Shown here in pieces: positions 9,623 through 18,164 of a stretch of 64,000 nt of DNA; the stretch's first letter is position 1, and every line of letters starts with the position of its first letter. The position numbers and the translations under genes were made by a program. Source of the DNA: an uncultured Vicinamibacterales bacterium (GTDB lineage Bacteria > Acidobacteriota > Vicinamibacteria > Vicinamibacterales > JAKQTR01). A model generated the notes under the pieces. The model did no database searches and was not told the origin of the DNA. It saw only the letters and a list, made by a program, of their open reading frames with translations. Location: NCBI GenBank assembly GCA_964396055.1, contig CAYNDV010000003.1, forward strand, positions 14,423-78,422, in the 5' to 3' direction.

Positions 9623-10102
9623 CTACATGTCCATGTACGGCATCGGCGGGACGGCCCCCTTGAGGCGCGCGTACACCGTCAGCGCACCCCGGTGGTGCGC
9701 CGTGTGATCGACGATGGCGCCGAAGATGGCCATGCGGGGCACGCCGCCCATGATCGGGCCTTCCGGCAGCGGCGTCAGCAGGTCGGCGTCGCTCGACGCC
9801 TCAACCTTGGCGGTGGCGGCAGCCACCGCGCGCTCGAACCACTCGCGCGCCTTCGCCAGTGACGTGTACCCGTTGATGACCTTCGCGTGTTCCTCCCAGT
9901 TGAGGTCGAAGCCCTCGGGCCGGAACGCGCCTTCCAGGAACCAGTCGATCGTATGCGCGACGTGCGCCACCTGCTGGGCGGCACTCATCATCCCCTCGGC
10001 GGGGACGAACGTGGAATGGGCCTCCGTCAGGTTGCGGGTGGAGCGGTTGAAGTACTCGTGGGCGGACTTCAGCTCGATCAGGGCCTGCTGCGCCAGCGAC
10101 AT
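9623..10102 (-). CDS. DinB-family (DinB_2-like) protein
   Basis: 159 aa. Four-helix pattern with conserved His residues: AQQVAHVAHTIDW and IVDHTAHHRGAL. Confidence 0.7.
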   Translation of the reverse strand: MSLAQQALIELKSAHEYFNRSTRNLTEAHSTFVPAEGMMSAAQQVAHVAHTIDWFLEGAFRPEGFDLNWEEHAKVINGYTSLAKAREWFERAVAAATAKVEASSDADLLTPLPEGPIMGGVPRMAIFGAIVDHTAHHRGALTVYARLKGAVPPMPYMDM

Positions 10103-10143
10103 CGTGACCTCCAGTTGTTGAGAGAGGACACAGTATTCGCTTT

Positions 10144-11514
10144 TTATTCGCCATCTGTCAAGCGTGAATCCAGCGGCAGCCGGATTTCGATGGCCAGTCC
10201 TCCGCCCGCCCGGTTCGTGGCCCGGACGGTGCCGCCGTGCGCCTCGACGGCCCGCCGGGCAATCGCCAGGCCCAGGCCGAAACCGGGGCCCTGGGGACTC
10301 GCCGCGCTGCGGTAGAACGGCTGGAAGATCGCGTCGAGTTCGGCCGCCGGCACCCCGGGGCCCTGGTCGAGCACCCGGACCACGAAGGTGCGGCCGCCGG
10401 CGTCGGGGCCGGCAGTGACCTCAACCGCGCTGCCGGGCCTGGTGAACTTCACCGCGTTGCGCACGACGTTCTCGAAGGCGCGGTGCAGCAGTTCCACGCG
10501 CACGCTGGCGGTCACCTCGCCTGCGGCCTCCAGGTGCACGGCCTTGCCCGCCGCCTGCGCCTCGAAGTGCGCGTCCTCCGCGATCGACGCCAGCAGATCG
10601 ACGAGGTCGGCCTGCTCGACGCGGTCGCGCGAGCGGTCGGCCACGTTGGCCTCGAGGCGCGACAGCGTGAGCACCTGCGCCACGAGGTCGTCCACGCGCT
10701 GGGCTTCCTGTTCGATGCGCTCCAGCGACGCCTCGACCCGCTGAGGGTTCTGGCGGGCGAGGCCGATGGCCGCCTGCAGCCGCGCCAGCGGCGATCGCAG
10801 CTCATGGGACACGTCGTGCAGCAACGACTGCCGGGCGGCCATCAGGGCCTGCAGTTGTGCCGCCATGTGGTCGAAGTGACGCCCCAGGTCCGCGACTTCG
10901 TCACGGCGGCGCCCCATCCGCGGCGCCACGCGCGTGTCGAGATGGCCCTGCGACAGGCGGCTGAACGCGGTCCGCAGGTCCCGGATGGGCCGCGTGACGT
11001 ACCAGGCCGCCAGGGCCCCGAAGATCAGGCTCGCGACCACCCCGGCGGTGATGGGCACCAGCGGCGACGGCGGCCCCGGGCGCAGGACGCGGCTGACGAG
11101 CGAGCGGTCGCGCTGGGGCACGAACAGCAGGTAGGTGACGCCGGCGTCCGTCGACACCAGCCGCGCGCCGTCGGCGCGGCGGCCGCCGGCCGTCATGGCC
11201 CGCGCGTCGGCCAGCGCGTCGGCCGGGATCGGCCGGCCCAGCAACTCCCGGCCCGAGGCCTCGACGGCAAGCACGGTGGTGTCGCCGTGCTGCCGCCAGT
11301 CCTCCATCAGCATCAGCAGGGCGTCGGGGCCGCCGTACGTCAGGGTGGCGGCCGCCGATCCCACGATGGAAGCCGCGCGCGGGCCACCCTCGATCGACGG
11401 CTCCAGTCCCTGGTCAGCCGTCCGGACGAAGTAGGCGGCTGCCAGGACGCCGGTGAACCCGACGAGCAACGCGGTCCAGTAGGAGAAGAAGAACTTCCAG
11501 AACAGGCGGCCCAT
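10144..11514 (-). CDS. Sensor histidine kinase (TM-periplasmic-TM-HAMP-HisKA-HATPase, CpxA-like)
   Basis: In-frame ATG at 11514 gives MGRLFWKFFFSYWTALLVGF. H-box is LLHDVSHELRSPLARL. N/G boxes are VVRNAVKFT, DQGPGVP and GFGLGLAIA. Confidence 0.85.
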   Translation of the reverse strand: MGRLFWKFFFSYWTALLVGFTGVLAAAYFVRTADQGLEPSIEGGPRAASIVGSAAATLTYGGPDALLMLMEDWRQHGDTTVLAVEASGRELLGRPIPADALADARAMTAGGRRADGARLVSTDAGVTYLLFVPQRDRSLVSRVLRPGPPSPLVPITAGVVASLIFGALAAWYVTRPIRDLRTAFSRLSQGHLDTRVAPRMGRRRDEVADLGRHFDHMAAQLQALMAARQSLLHDVSHELRSPLARLQAAIGLARQNPQRVEASLERIEQEAQRVDDLVAQVLTLSRLEANVADRSRDRVEQADLVDLLASIAEDAHFEAQAAGKAVHLEAAGEVTASVRVELLHRAFENVVRNAVKFTRPGSAVEVTAGPDAGGRTFVVRVLDQGPGVPAAELDAIFQPFYRSAASPQGPGFGLGLAIARRAVEAHGGTVRATNRAGGGLAIEIRLPLDSRLTDGE

Positions 11515-11519
11515 CGGGA

Positions 11520-12206
11520 TCACTCCTCGACGAACTGGTAACCCTGGCCGCGCACGGTCTGGATGCACGACCGGCCATCGGCCAGCGTGCCGATCTTCTG
11601 GCGCAGGCTGCTCACGTGCACGTCGATGCTGCGGTCGAAACGCGCCAGCGCGCGCCCCAGGCCCAAATCGGACAACTCGGCCTTGCTGACGACCCGTCCC
11701 GCGCGACCCGCCAGCACCGCCAGCAGATTGAACTCGGTGCTGGTCAGGTCCAGCGGCTGTCCCCGCCACTCGGCGCGGCGCTTCTCAGGCCACATCGCGA
11801 GCGCGCCCGCCAGGATGGGCGCCGCCGCCCCGGCCGAGGCGGCGGCATCGGCGCGACGGAGGATGGCGCGCAGCCGGGCCACCAGCTCGCGCGGGGTGCA
11901 CGGCTTCGGCACGTAGTCGTCGGCTCCCAGTTCCAGGCCGACGATTCGATCCACGTCGTCGCCGCGGGCCGTGAGCATCAGGACCGGCACGCGGCTGCGC
12001 GCGCGGATACGCCGGAGGGCCTCCACGCCGTTCAGGCCCGGCAGCATCACGTCGAGCACGACGATGGCGTAGCGGCCGGAGAGGGCCTCGGCCACGCCCG
12101 ACTCGCCGTCGTGGACGGCGGAGGTGTCGAAGCCTTCCTGCTGGAGGTACTCGCGCAGGAGGCCGGCCAGCTCCACGTCATCGTCGATCAACAGCACCCG
12201 GGTCAT
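11520..12206 (-). CDS. OmpR/PhoB-family response regulator (CpxR-like)
   Basis: In-frame ATG at 12206 gives MTRVLLIDDDVELAGLLREYLQQEGF. Other motifs are VLDVMLPGLNG, LGADDYVPKP, and the winged-helix segments RSIDVHVSSLRQKI and VRGQGYQF. Its stop lies 5 nt before the kinase start. Confidence 0.9.
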   Translation of the reverse strand: MTRVLLIDDDVELAGLLREYLQQEGFDTSAVHDGESGVAEALSGRYAIVVLDVMLPGLNGVEALRRIRARSRVPVLMLTARGDDVDRIVGLELGADDYVPKPCTPRELVARLRAILRRADAAASAGAAAPILAGALAMWPEKRRAEWRGQPLDLTSTEFNLLAVLAGRAGRVVSKAELSDLGLGRALARFDRSIDVHVSSLRQKIGTLADGRSCIQTVRGQGYQFVEE

Positions 12207-12359
12207 CTCGGCCGGCGGCTCCTCCCGTTCCCGGCAGCCATGATACGCCCGCGCGGGAGGCGCCACGGCGGGCTTTACGTTTCTTTGCGGAACTTTGCGC
12301 GGGCCGAACCTCGCCTTACGCGGCGGCTGCGTATCGTCAGAGTGACGGAGGACGACGAG

Positions 12360-13814
12360 ATGCGGCAGGCGGGTCGGGCAACGGCGGTGGTACTGGCGCT
12401 GGCGGTGACGGCAGGCTGTGCCGCGGTGACGCAGAAGCCGCTGCCGCTGGGCGTCACGGTGCCGCAGGGGTGGCAACAGGCGGCGGAGGCACCGGGGACA
12501 GCGGCGGCGGCTGGCGCCGGGGACCTCGCGCAGTGGTGGGGACAGTTCGGTGATGCCACGCTGAGCGGGCTCGTGGCCACGGCCCTCGAGTCGAATCACG
12601 ACCTGCGCACCGCCGCCACCCGGCTGCGCGACGCGCGGGCCCGCCGCGGCCTCGCGGCCAAGGACCTGCTGCCATCGGTCACGGTGTCCGCAACGGCCAG
12701 CACCAGCAAGACGACCGGCGGGCAGGCGGAGAGCCCGGCGCGCGGGTTGTTCGACGCGGGTTTCGACGCGAGCTGGGAGCCCGACGTCTTCGGCGGCACC
12801 CGTCAGGCCGTCAACGCGGCCCAGGCCGATCTCGAGGCCAGTGAAGCGGACCTGCGCGCGACGCGCGTCTCGCTGGTCGCCGAACTCGCGTTGAACTACA
12901 TCGAGCTGCGGGGGTACCGGGCCCGGCTCGGGATTGCGCGCGACAACCTGGCGCAGCAGGAAGAGACGCTCCAGCTGACCACGTGGCGCGCCCGGGCGGG
13001 CCTGGTGTCAGACCTCGACGTCCAGCAGGCGCGCACGAACGTCGAGCAGACGCGTGCGGCGATCCCCGCGCTCGAGACCGCGGCGGCGGCGGCGGAACAC
13101 CGGCTCGCGGTGCTCACGGGCCAGCCCCCCGCGGCGCTGCACACCAGGCTGGCGGATACGGCCCCGATTCCCTCGCTGCCCGACCGCGTCCTGGTCGCAA
13201 TCCCGGCCGACACGCTTCGGCAGCGTCCGGACGTGCTCGCCGCCGAGCGGCGTCTGGCGGCGGAGACCGCGCGGCTGGGCCAGGCCGAAGCCGCGCGCTA
13301 TCCCTCGATCCGGCTGTCGGGGTCGCTCGGATTGCAGACGGTGACGGGCGGCGGTTTGGGCGCCGTCGAGTCGTTCAGCCGATCGTTGCTGGCCGGCCTC
13401 ACCGCCCCGATCTTCGACCGGGGTCGTATCCGGCAGCAGATCGAGATCCAGAGCGCCGCGCAGGAGCGGGCCCTGATTGCGGTCGAGCAGGCGGTGCTGA
13501 CGGCGCTCGAGGAGGTCGAGAACGCGCTGGTCGGGCTCGACAATGCCCGGCGCCGGCTGGCGGCTCTCACCAGCGCCGCCGAGGCGGCACGCAGCGCGGC
13601 GGATATGGCGCGCAGTCGGTACACCGCCGGCCTGGTCAGCTACCAGACGGTCCTGGACACGGAACGTTCGCGGCTGTCTGCCGAGGACAACGTGAAGGCC
13701 ACCGAGGCGGACGGCGCCTCTGCGCTGGTCCGGCTCTACAAGGCCCTGGGCGGAGGCTGGACGAAAGAGGCCGCACCCACGGCCGGCACGCACCCCGAGA
13801 GCGAGGCATCATGA
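12360..13814 (+). CDS. Efflux outer-membrane-factor lipoprotein, NodT family
   Basis: In-frame ATG at 12360 gives MRQAGRATAVVLALAVTAGCAAV (lipobox). WWGQFGD..L..LV is typical of the OMF N-terminus. C-terminus is LVRLYKALGGGW. Confidence 0.85.
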   Translation: MRQAGRATAVVLALAVTAGCAAVTQKPLPLGVTVPQGWQQAAEAPGTAAAAGAGDLAQWWGQFGDATLSGLVATALESNHDLRTAATRLRDARARRGLAAKDLLPSVTVSATASTSKTTGGQAESPARGLFDAGFDASWEPDVFGGTRQAVNAAQADLEASEADLRATRVSLVAELALNYIELRGYRARLGIARDNLAQQEETLQLTTWRARAGLVSDLDVQQARTNVEQTRAAIPALETAAAAAEHRLAVLTGQPPAALHTRLADTAPIPSLPDRVLVAIPADTLRQRPDVLAAERRLAAETARLGQAEAARYPSIRLSGSLGLQTVTGGGLGAVESFSRSLLAGLTAPIFDRGRIRQQIEIQSAAQERALIAVEQAVLTALEEVENALVGLDNARRRLAALTSAAEAARSAADMARSRYTAGLVSYQTVLDTERSRLSAEDNVKATEADGASALVRLYKALGGGWTKEAAPTAGTHPESEAS

Positions 13815-15103
13815 ACCCGACACCCTCATCGCCGGGCGACACGCTCGCCCGCATCGTCAGCGACAGCTCGAGCCGGAGCCGGTTGCGCCGATCGTGGCCC
13901 CTCGCCCTCGCGGCGCTGGTCGTCGCGGCGGCGGCGGTGCTCGCGCTTGCGGCGCGATCGAGCAGCGCGTCCGCCAACCTGCAGTACCGCACCGAACCCC
14001 TCACGCAGGGCACGCTGACCGTCAAGGTGTCGGCCACCGGGAACCTGCAGCCGACCAACGAGGTGGACGTCGGCAGCGAGGTGTCCGGCCTGGTCGAGGC
14101 GGTGCTGGTGGACGACAACGACCACGTGAAGGCCGGCCAGGTGCTGGCCCGCCTGGACACGTCGAAACTCCAGGACCAGGTGATCAACGCCCGGGCCGCG
14201 CTGGCCTCGGCCGAGGCACGCGTCCTGCAGGCCGCGGCCAGCGTCAAGGAGGCCCGGGCCAACCTGGCGCGCCTCCGGCAGGTGTCCGAGTTGTCCGGCG
14301 GCAAGGTGCCCTCCAGGGCCGAGATGGAGACGGCCGAGGCGGCGGCCGCCCGGGCCGACGCCGATGAGGCCAGCGCGAAGGCGTCGGTGGATCAGGCGCG
14401 CGCCTCGCTGAGTTCGGCCGAAACCAATCTCGCGAAGGCGTCGATCCGGTCGCCCATCGACGGGGTCGTGCTGTCGCGCCAGATCGAGCCGGGCCAGACC
14501 GTCGCGGCCTCGTTCCAGGCGCCCACGTTGTTCACGCTGGCGGAGGACCTGGCCGAGATGGAACTCGAAGTGGACGTCGATGAGGCGGACGTGGGCCAGG
14601 TGCGCGAGGGCCAGTCGGCAATCTTCACGGTGGACGCGTACGCGGGACGGCGTTACCCCGCGCGAATCACCCGGGTCGGCTACGGTTCGCAGACGAAGGA
14701 CGGCGTCGTGTTCTACCAGGCGGTGCTCACGGTGGACAACGACGACCTGAGCCTGAGGCCGGGCATGACCGCCAGCGCCGAGGTGACCACACTCGAGCGC
14801 ACCGATGTGCTGCTGGTGCCGAACGCCGCGCTGCGCTTCTCCCCGCCCGCCGCGACTGGCGACGCGGAGCGCAGCGGAGGCGTGGTGTCCAGCCTGCTGC
14901 CCCGCCCCCCGGGCATGGGCGCGCGACCGACGGCGGCTAACGGGCCGAAGAACGGCGCGGGCCAGGTGTGGGTTCTGCGCAATGGCCTGCCGGTGGCGCT
15001 GGACGTCGTGGTGGGCCACACCAATGGCCAGGTGACCGAGGTGTCCGGCGCGGGCCTGCAGGCGGGGCTGGCCGTGATCGTCGAGACCGCAGGAGCGTTG
15101 TGA
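13811..15103 (+). CDS. HlyD/MacA-type periplasmic adaptor
   Basis: The ATG overlaps the previous stop (ATGA). TM anchor, then LTVKVSATGNLQP. A coiled-coil is followed by IRSPIDGVVLSRQIEPGQTV. Confidence 0.85.
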   Translation: MNPTPSSPGDTLARIVSDSSSRSRLRRSWPLALAALVVAAAAVLALAARSSSASANLQYRTEPLTQGTLTVKVSATGNLQPTNEVDVGSEVSGLVEAVLVDDNDHVKAGQVLARLDTSKLQDQVINARAALASAEARVLQAAASVKEARANLARLRQVSELSGGKVPSRAEMETAEAAAARADADEASAKASVDQARASLSSAETNLAKASIRSPIDGVVLSRQIEPGQTVAASFQAPTLFTLAEDLAEMELEVDVDEADVGQVREGQSAIFTVDAYAGRRYPARITRVGYGSQTKDGVVFYQAVLTVDNDDLSLRPGMTASAEVTTLERTDVLLVPNAALRFSPPAATGDAERSGGVVSSLLPRPPGMGARPTAANGPKNGAGQVWVLRNGLPVALDVVVGHTNGQVTEVSGAGLQAGLAVIVETAGAL

Positions 15104-15831
15104 TGGACACTGCAGCCCGCCCCGTTGACGTGGCGCCGCCGCTACTCGAACTGCAGGCCGTCACCAAGGTCTACGGCCAGGGCCAGGCTGCGTTTCCGGC
15201 CCTGCGCGGTATCGACCTGTCGATCCGCGAGGGCGAGATGGTGGCCATCATGGGGCCGAGCGGGTCGGGCAAGTCGACGGTCATGAACATCCTCGGGTGC
15301 CTCGATACCCCGACGGCCGGCCACTACCTGTTCCGCGGCACGAAGGTCGACGAGTTGTCCCGACGGCAGCGCGCCCTGCTGCGGCGCCACTTCCTGGGTT
15401 TCGTGTTCCAGGGGTTCAACCTGCTGTCGCGCACGTCGGCGCTCGAGAACGTGGAACTGCCGCTGCTCTACCGGGGCGAGCCGCTGCGCGTCCGCCGTGA
15501 GGCGGCGCTGGGTGCCCTCAACCTGGTGGGCCTCTCGGGCTGGGAGCGGCACACGCCGGCCGAACTCTCGGGCGGGCAGCAGCAACGCGTCGCCATTGCC
15601 CGCGCTATCGTCACGCACCCGTCTCTCCTGCTGGCGGACGAGCCGACGGGCAACCTCGATACGCAGCGCAGCCGCGAGATCATGGACCTGCTCTGCGCGC
15701 TCAACCGGGAGCGCGGCATCACCGTGCTGCTCGTCACGCACGAGGCCGAGATGGCCGCGTACGCGCGGCGCATCATCCGGTTCGTGGACGGGCTCGTGGA
15801 CCAGGATCACCGGAACGGAGGGCCGCACTGA
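15103..15831 (+). CDS. ABC transporter ATP-binding protein (MacB/LolD-type)
   Basis: The start overlaps the previous stop. Walker A is GPSGSGKST, signature is LSGGQQQRVAIARA, Walker B is LLLADEPTGNLD. Confidence 0.9.
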   Translation: MDTAARPVDVAPPLLELQAVTKVYGQGQAAFPALRGIDLSIREGEMVAIMGPSGSGKSTVMNILGCLDTPTAGHYLFRGTKVDELSRRQRALLRRHFLGFVFQGFNLLSRTSALENVELPLLYRGEPLRVRREAALGALNLVGLSGWERHTPAELSGGQQQRVAIARAIVTHPSLLLADEPTGNLDTQRSREIMDLLCALNRERGITVLLVTHEAEMAAYARRIIRFVDGLVDQDHRNGGPH

Positions 15832-17036
15832 TGGTCTGGAACAGCGTTCTCCTCGCCGTGCGCGCGATCCGGCGCAACGTGCTCCGGTCGTTCCTCACCA
15901 TCCTCGGCATCGTCATCGGCGTCAGCGCGGTGATCGTCATGATGACCCTGGGCGACGGCGCCACGCAGTCGGTGAAGGACCAGATCTCGAGCCTGGGCAG
16001 CAACCTGCTCCAGGTGCGTCCCGGGCAGCGGCTGGGGCCCGGTCGCGAGGCGGCCAGGCCGCCGGATTTCAAGCTGGGGGACGCGGACGCGATTGCGAGC
16101 CAGGTGACGTCCGTGAAGACCGTCGTGCCGACGGCCGGCGCGACGGCGACCGTCGTCTACCAGGCCGAGAACTGGTCGACGAGCGTGGTCGGCACCACCG
16201 GCGAGTACTTTACCGCCGGGAGCTGGCGGCTCGCCTCGGGCCGCGTGTTCACCGAGTCCGAGCAGCGGTCCGGTGCCGCGGTGTGCGTCGTCGGCCAGAC
16301 GGTCCGCAAGGAACTGTTCGGCGCCGCCAACCCCGTGGGCTCCGAGATTCGCGTGAAGCGGTTCGGGTGCGAGGTCGTCGGCCTGCTCGCCGCGAAAGGC
16401 AGCTCCTTCGGTCCCGACCCCGATGACACCGTGGTCATGCCGCTGCGCACTGTCCAGCGCAGGCTCCGGGGCGACGATGACGTGAGCGGGATCATGGTGG
16501 CGGTGCGCGACGGGGCGTCGGCCGAGCGGGTGATCGCCGAGATTTCTGCGGTGCTGCGGGAACGCCGCAATATCGCCGAAGGCGAGGACGACAACTTCTC
16601 GGTGTTCGACACGAAGCAGATCGCCGACACGTTGTCGGGCACGATCCGGGTGATGACGATGCTGCTCGGCGCAGTGGCGGCAATCAGCCTGCTGGTGGGC
16701 GGGATCGGCATCATGAACATCATGCTGGTGTCGGTGACCGAGCGGACGCGGGAGATCGGGGTGCGGCTGGCCATCGGCGCGCTGGAGCAGGAGGTGCTGC
16801 TGCAGTTCCTCGTGGAAGCGGTCGCCCTGGCGTCCTTTGGTGGCATCGTCGGCGTGATCGTGGCCAACGTGGTCTCGGTGGCGGCTGCGCGGCTGATCGA
16901 CGTGCCGTTCCTGTTCAACCTGCAGGTGAACCTGCTCTCGTTCGGCTTCTCGGCCCTGATCGGGGTGGTGTTCGGCTACTTCCCGGCGCGGCGGGCGGCG
17001 CAGCTCGATCCCATCGAGGCGTTGCGGTACGAGTAG
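15831..17036 (+). CDS. ABC transporter permease, MacB/FtsX type
   Basis: 401 aa. Motifs IRRNVLRSFLTILGIVIGVSAV, GGIGIMNIMLVSVTERTREIGVRLAIGA and YFPARRAAQLDPIEALRYE. There is a 1-nt start/stop overlap with the ATPase gene. Confidence 0.9.
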   Translation: MVWNSVLLAVRAIRRNVLRSFLTILGIVIGVSAVIVMMTLGDGATQSVKDQISSLGSNLLQVRPGQRLGPGREAARPPDFKLGDADAIASQVTSVKTVVPTAGATATVVYQAENWSTSVVGTTGEYFTAGSWRLASGRVFTESEQRSGAAVCVVGQTVRKELFGAANPVGSEIRVKRFGCEVVGLLAAKGSSFGPDPDDTVVMPLRTVQRRLRGDDDVSGIMVAVRDGASAERVIAEISAVLRERRNIAEGEDDNFSVFDTKQIADTLSGTIRVMTMLLGAVAAISLLVGGIGIMNIMLVSVTERTREIGVRLAIGALEQEVLLQFLVEAVALASFGGIVGVIVANVVSVAAARLIDVPFLFNLQVNLLSFGFSALIGVVFGYFPARRAAQLDPIEALRYE

Positions 17037-17061
17037 ATCGCCGTGGCGGGGGGTAGGGGAC

Positions 17062-17090
17062 TTGCAATTGGGTGTGACAACACATATAAT
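17062..17090 (+). promoter_or_regulatory. Near-consensus sigma70-type promoter TTGCAA-N17-TATAAT upstream of, or inside the long form of, marR
   Basis: TTGCAA at 17062-17067, exactly 17 nt of spacer, TATAAT at 17085-17090. It is an AT-rich island in a GC-rich context. The in-frame GTG at 17097 lies 7 nt downstream of the -10 element. Confidence 0.55.
17072..17083. promoter_or_regulatory. 12-bp box GTGTGACAACAC inside the promoter spacer (candidate MarR operator, copy 1)
   Basis: The exact reverse complement (GTGTTGTCACAC) recurs at 17589-17600, upstream of yceI. Confidence 0.45.
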
Positions 17091-17096
17091 CTTCGT

Positions 17097-17564
17097 GTGG
17101 CCAACGAACTGCTCGCCGAACTCAAGCAGAGCAAGCCGTATCCGAGCCTGTCGCAGGAGGCGCACATCAGCATCCTGCGGACGGCCGCGGTCGTGGCCCA
17201 CGCGTTCGAGGAGTTCCTGAAGCCTCACGGCATCACCGCCACGCAGTACAACGTGCTGCGCATCCTGCGGGGCGCGGGGTCCGACGGCCTGTGCCGCAAC
17301 GAGATCCGCGACCGGATGGTGACGCCGGTGCCGGACGTGACCCGGTTGCTGGATCGCCTCGAGGCCCAGCACCTGATTGTGCGATCGCGGGGCCTGGCGG
17401 ATCGCCGCCAGATGACCACGCGGATCACGAAGGACGGACTGAGGCTGCTCGACAAGCTGGATCAGCCCGTCGTCGCGATGCACGAGCGACTGCTGGGCCA
17501 CGTCAGCGCCAGGCAGATGCAGACGTTGCTGGCACTCCTGGCTGAAATCAGGCGTGCAACCTAG
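17097..17564 (+). CDS. MarR-family transcriptional regulator
   Basis: Track ORF is 17043..17564. Winged-helix segment is ATQYNVLRILRGAGSDGLCRNEIRDRM...TRLLDRLEAQHLIVRSR..DRRQ. The start is ambiguous: the ATG at 17043 lies upstream of the predicted promoter, and the GTG at 17097 (VANELLAELK) fits the promoter. Confidence 0.85.
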   Translation: MANELLAELKQSKPYPSLSQEAHISILRTAAVVAHAFEEFLKPHGITATQYNVLRILRGAGSDGLCRNEIRDRMVTPVPDVTRLLDRLEAQHLIVRSRGLADRRQMTTRITKDGLRLLDKLDQPVVAMHERLLGHVSARQMQTLLALLAEIRRAT

Positions 17565-17588
17565 TCGCCTTTTTTTGTGTCTAAAAGA

Positions 17589-17600
17589 GTGTTGTCACAC
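17589..17600. promoter_or_regulatory. 12-bp box GTGTTGTCACAC (inverted copy 2) upstream of yceI
   Basis: Perfect reverse complement of 17072-17083. It lies 10 nt upstream of the AAGGAG ribosome-binding site (17610-17615) of the YceI gene. Confidence 0.45.
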
Positions 17601-17621
17601 GCAAATACAAAGGAGCGTCCC

Positions 17622-18164
17622 ATGACCGCCGCCACCACCACCGCCGCCGTCCGTACCCTGCAGTTCGACACGGCCCACTCCGAGGTCGCCTTCCAGGTGC
17701 GCCACCTGCTGACGCGGGTGCGCGGCCGGTTCGCCGACTTCGCGGGCACCATCCAGCTCGACGAGTCGGCCCCGGAGCGCTCGTCCGTATCGCTGACCAT
17801 TCAGGCCGCCAGCATCGACACCAACCAGGCCCAGCGCGACGAGCACCTGCGTTCGGCCGACTTCTTCGAGACGGAGAAGTACCCGACGCTGACCTTCACG
17901 AGTGCGTCGGTGACGAAGACCGGCGAGGGCACGTACGCCGTGGCCGGCGACCTGACGATCCACGGGGTGGCGAAGCCCGTCACCGTGTCCGTGAGCTACA
18001 TGGGTATCGCCAAGGATCCCTGGGGCAACGCCAAGCACGGGTTCGAGGCCGAGGCGACGATCAACCGCAAGGACTTCGGCCTCAACTGGAACGCCGCGCT
18101 CGAGACGGGCGGCTTCCTGGTGGGCGACGAGGTGAAGATCAGCTGCTCGATCCAGGCGGCGTAG
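17622..18164 (+). CDS. YceI-family polyisoprenoid-binding protein
   Basis: The ATG at 17622 is preceded by AAGGAG. Family motifs are FDTAHSEVAFQVRHL...VRGRF, TNQAQRDEHLRSADFFE..KYPT.TF and INRKDFGLNWN. Confidence 0.85.
   Translation: MTAATTTAAVRTLQFDTAHSEVAFQVRHLLTRVRGRFADFAGTIQLDESAPERSSVSLTIQAASIDTNQAQRDEHLRSADFFETEKYPTLTFTSASVTKTGEGTYAVAGDLTIHGVAKPVTVSVSYMGIAKDPWGNAKHGFEAEATINRKDFGLNWNAALETGGFLVGDEVKISCSIQAA

Noticed and set aside
18139-18164. 26-nt convergent overlap of yceI and the CE15-like gene, considered as a special feature
   Set aside because: Similar convergent 3' overlaps recur in this compact high-GC genome, for example at 6012-6028. It is not distinctive on its own.
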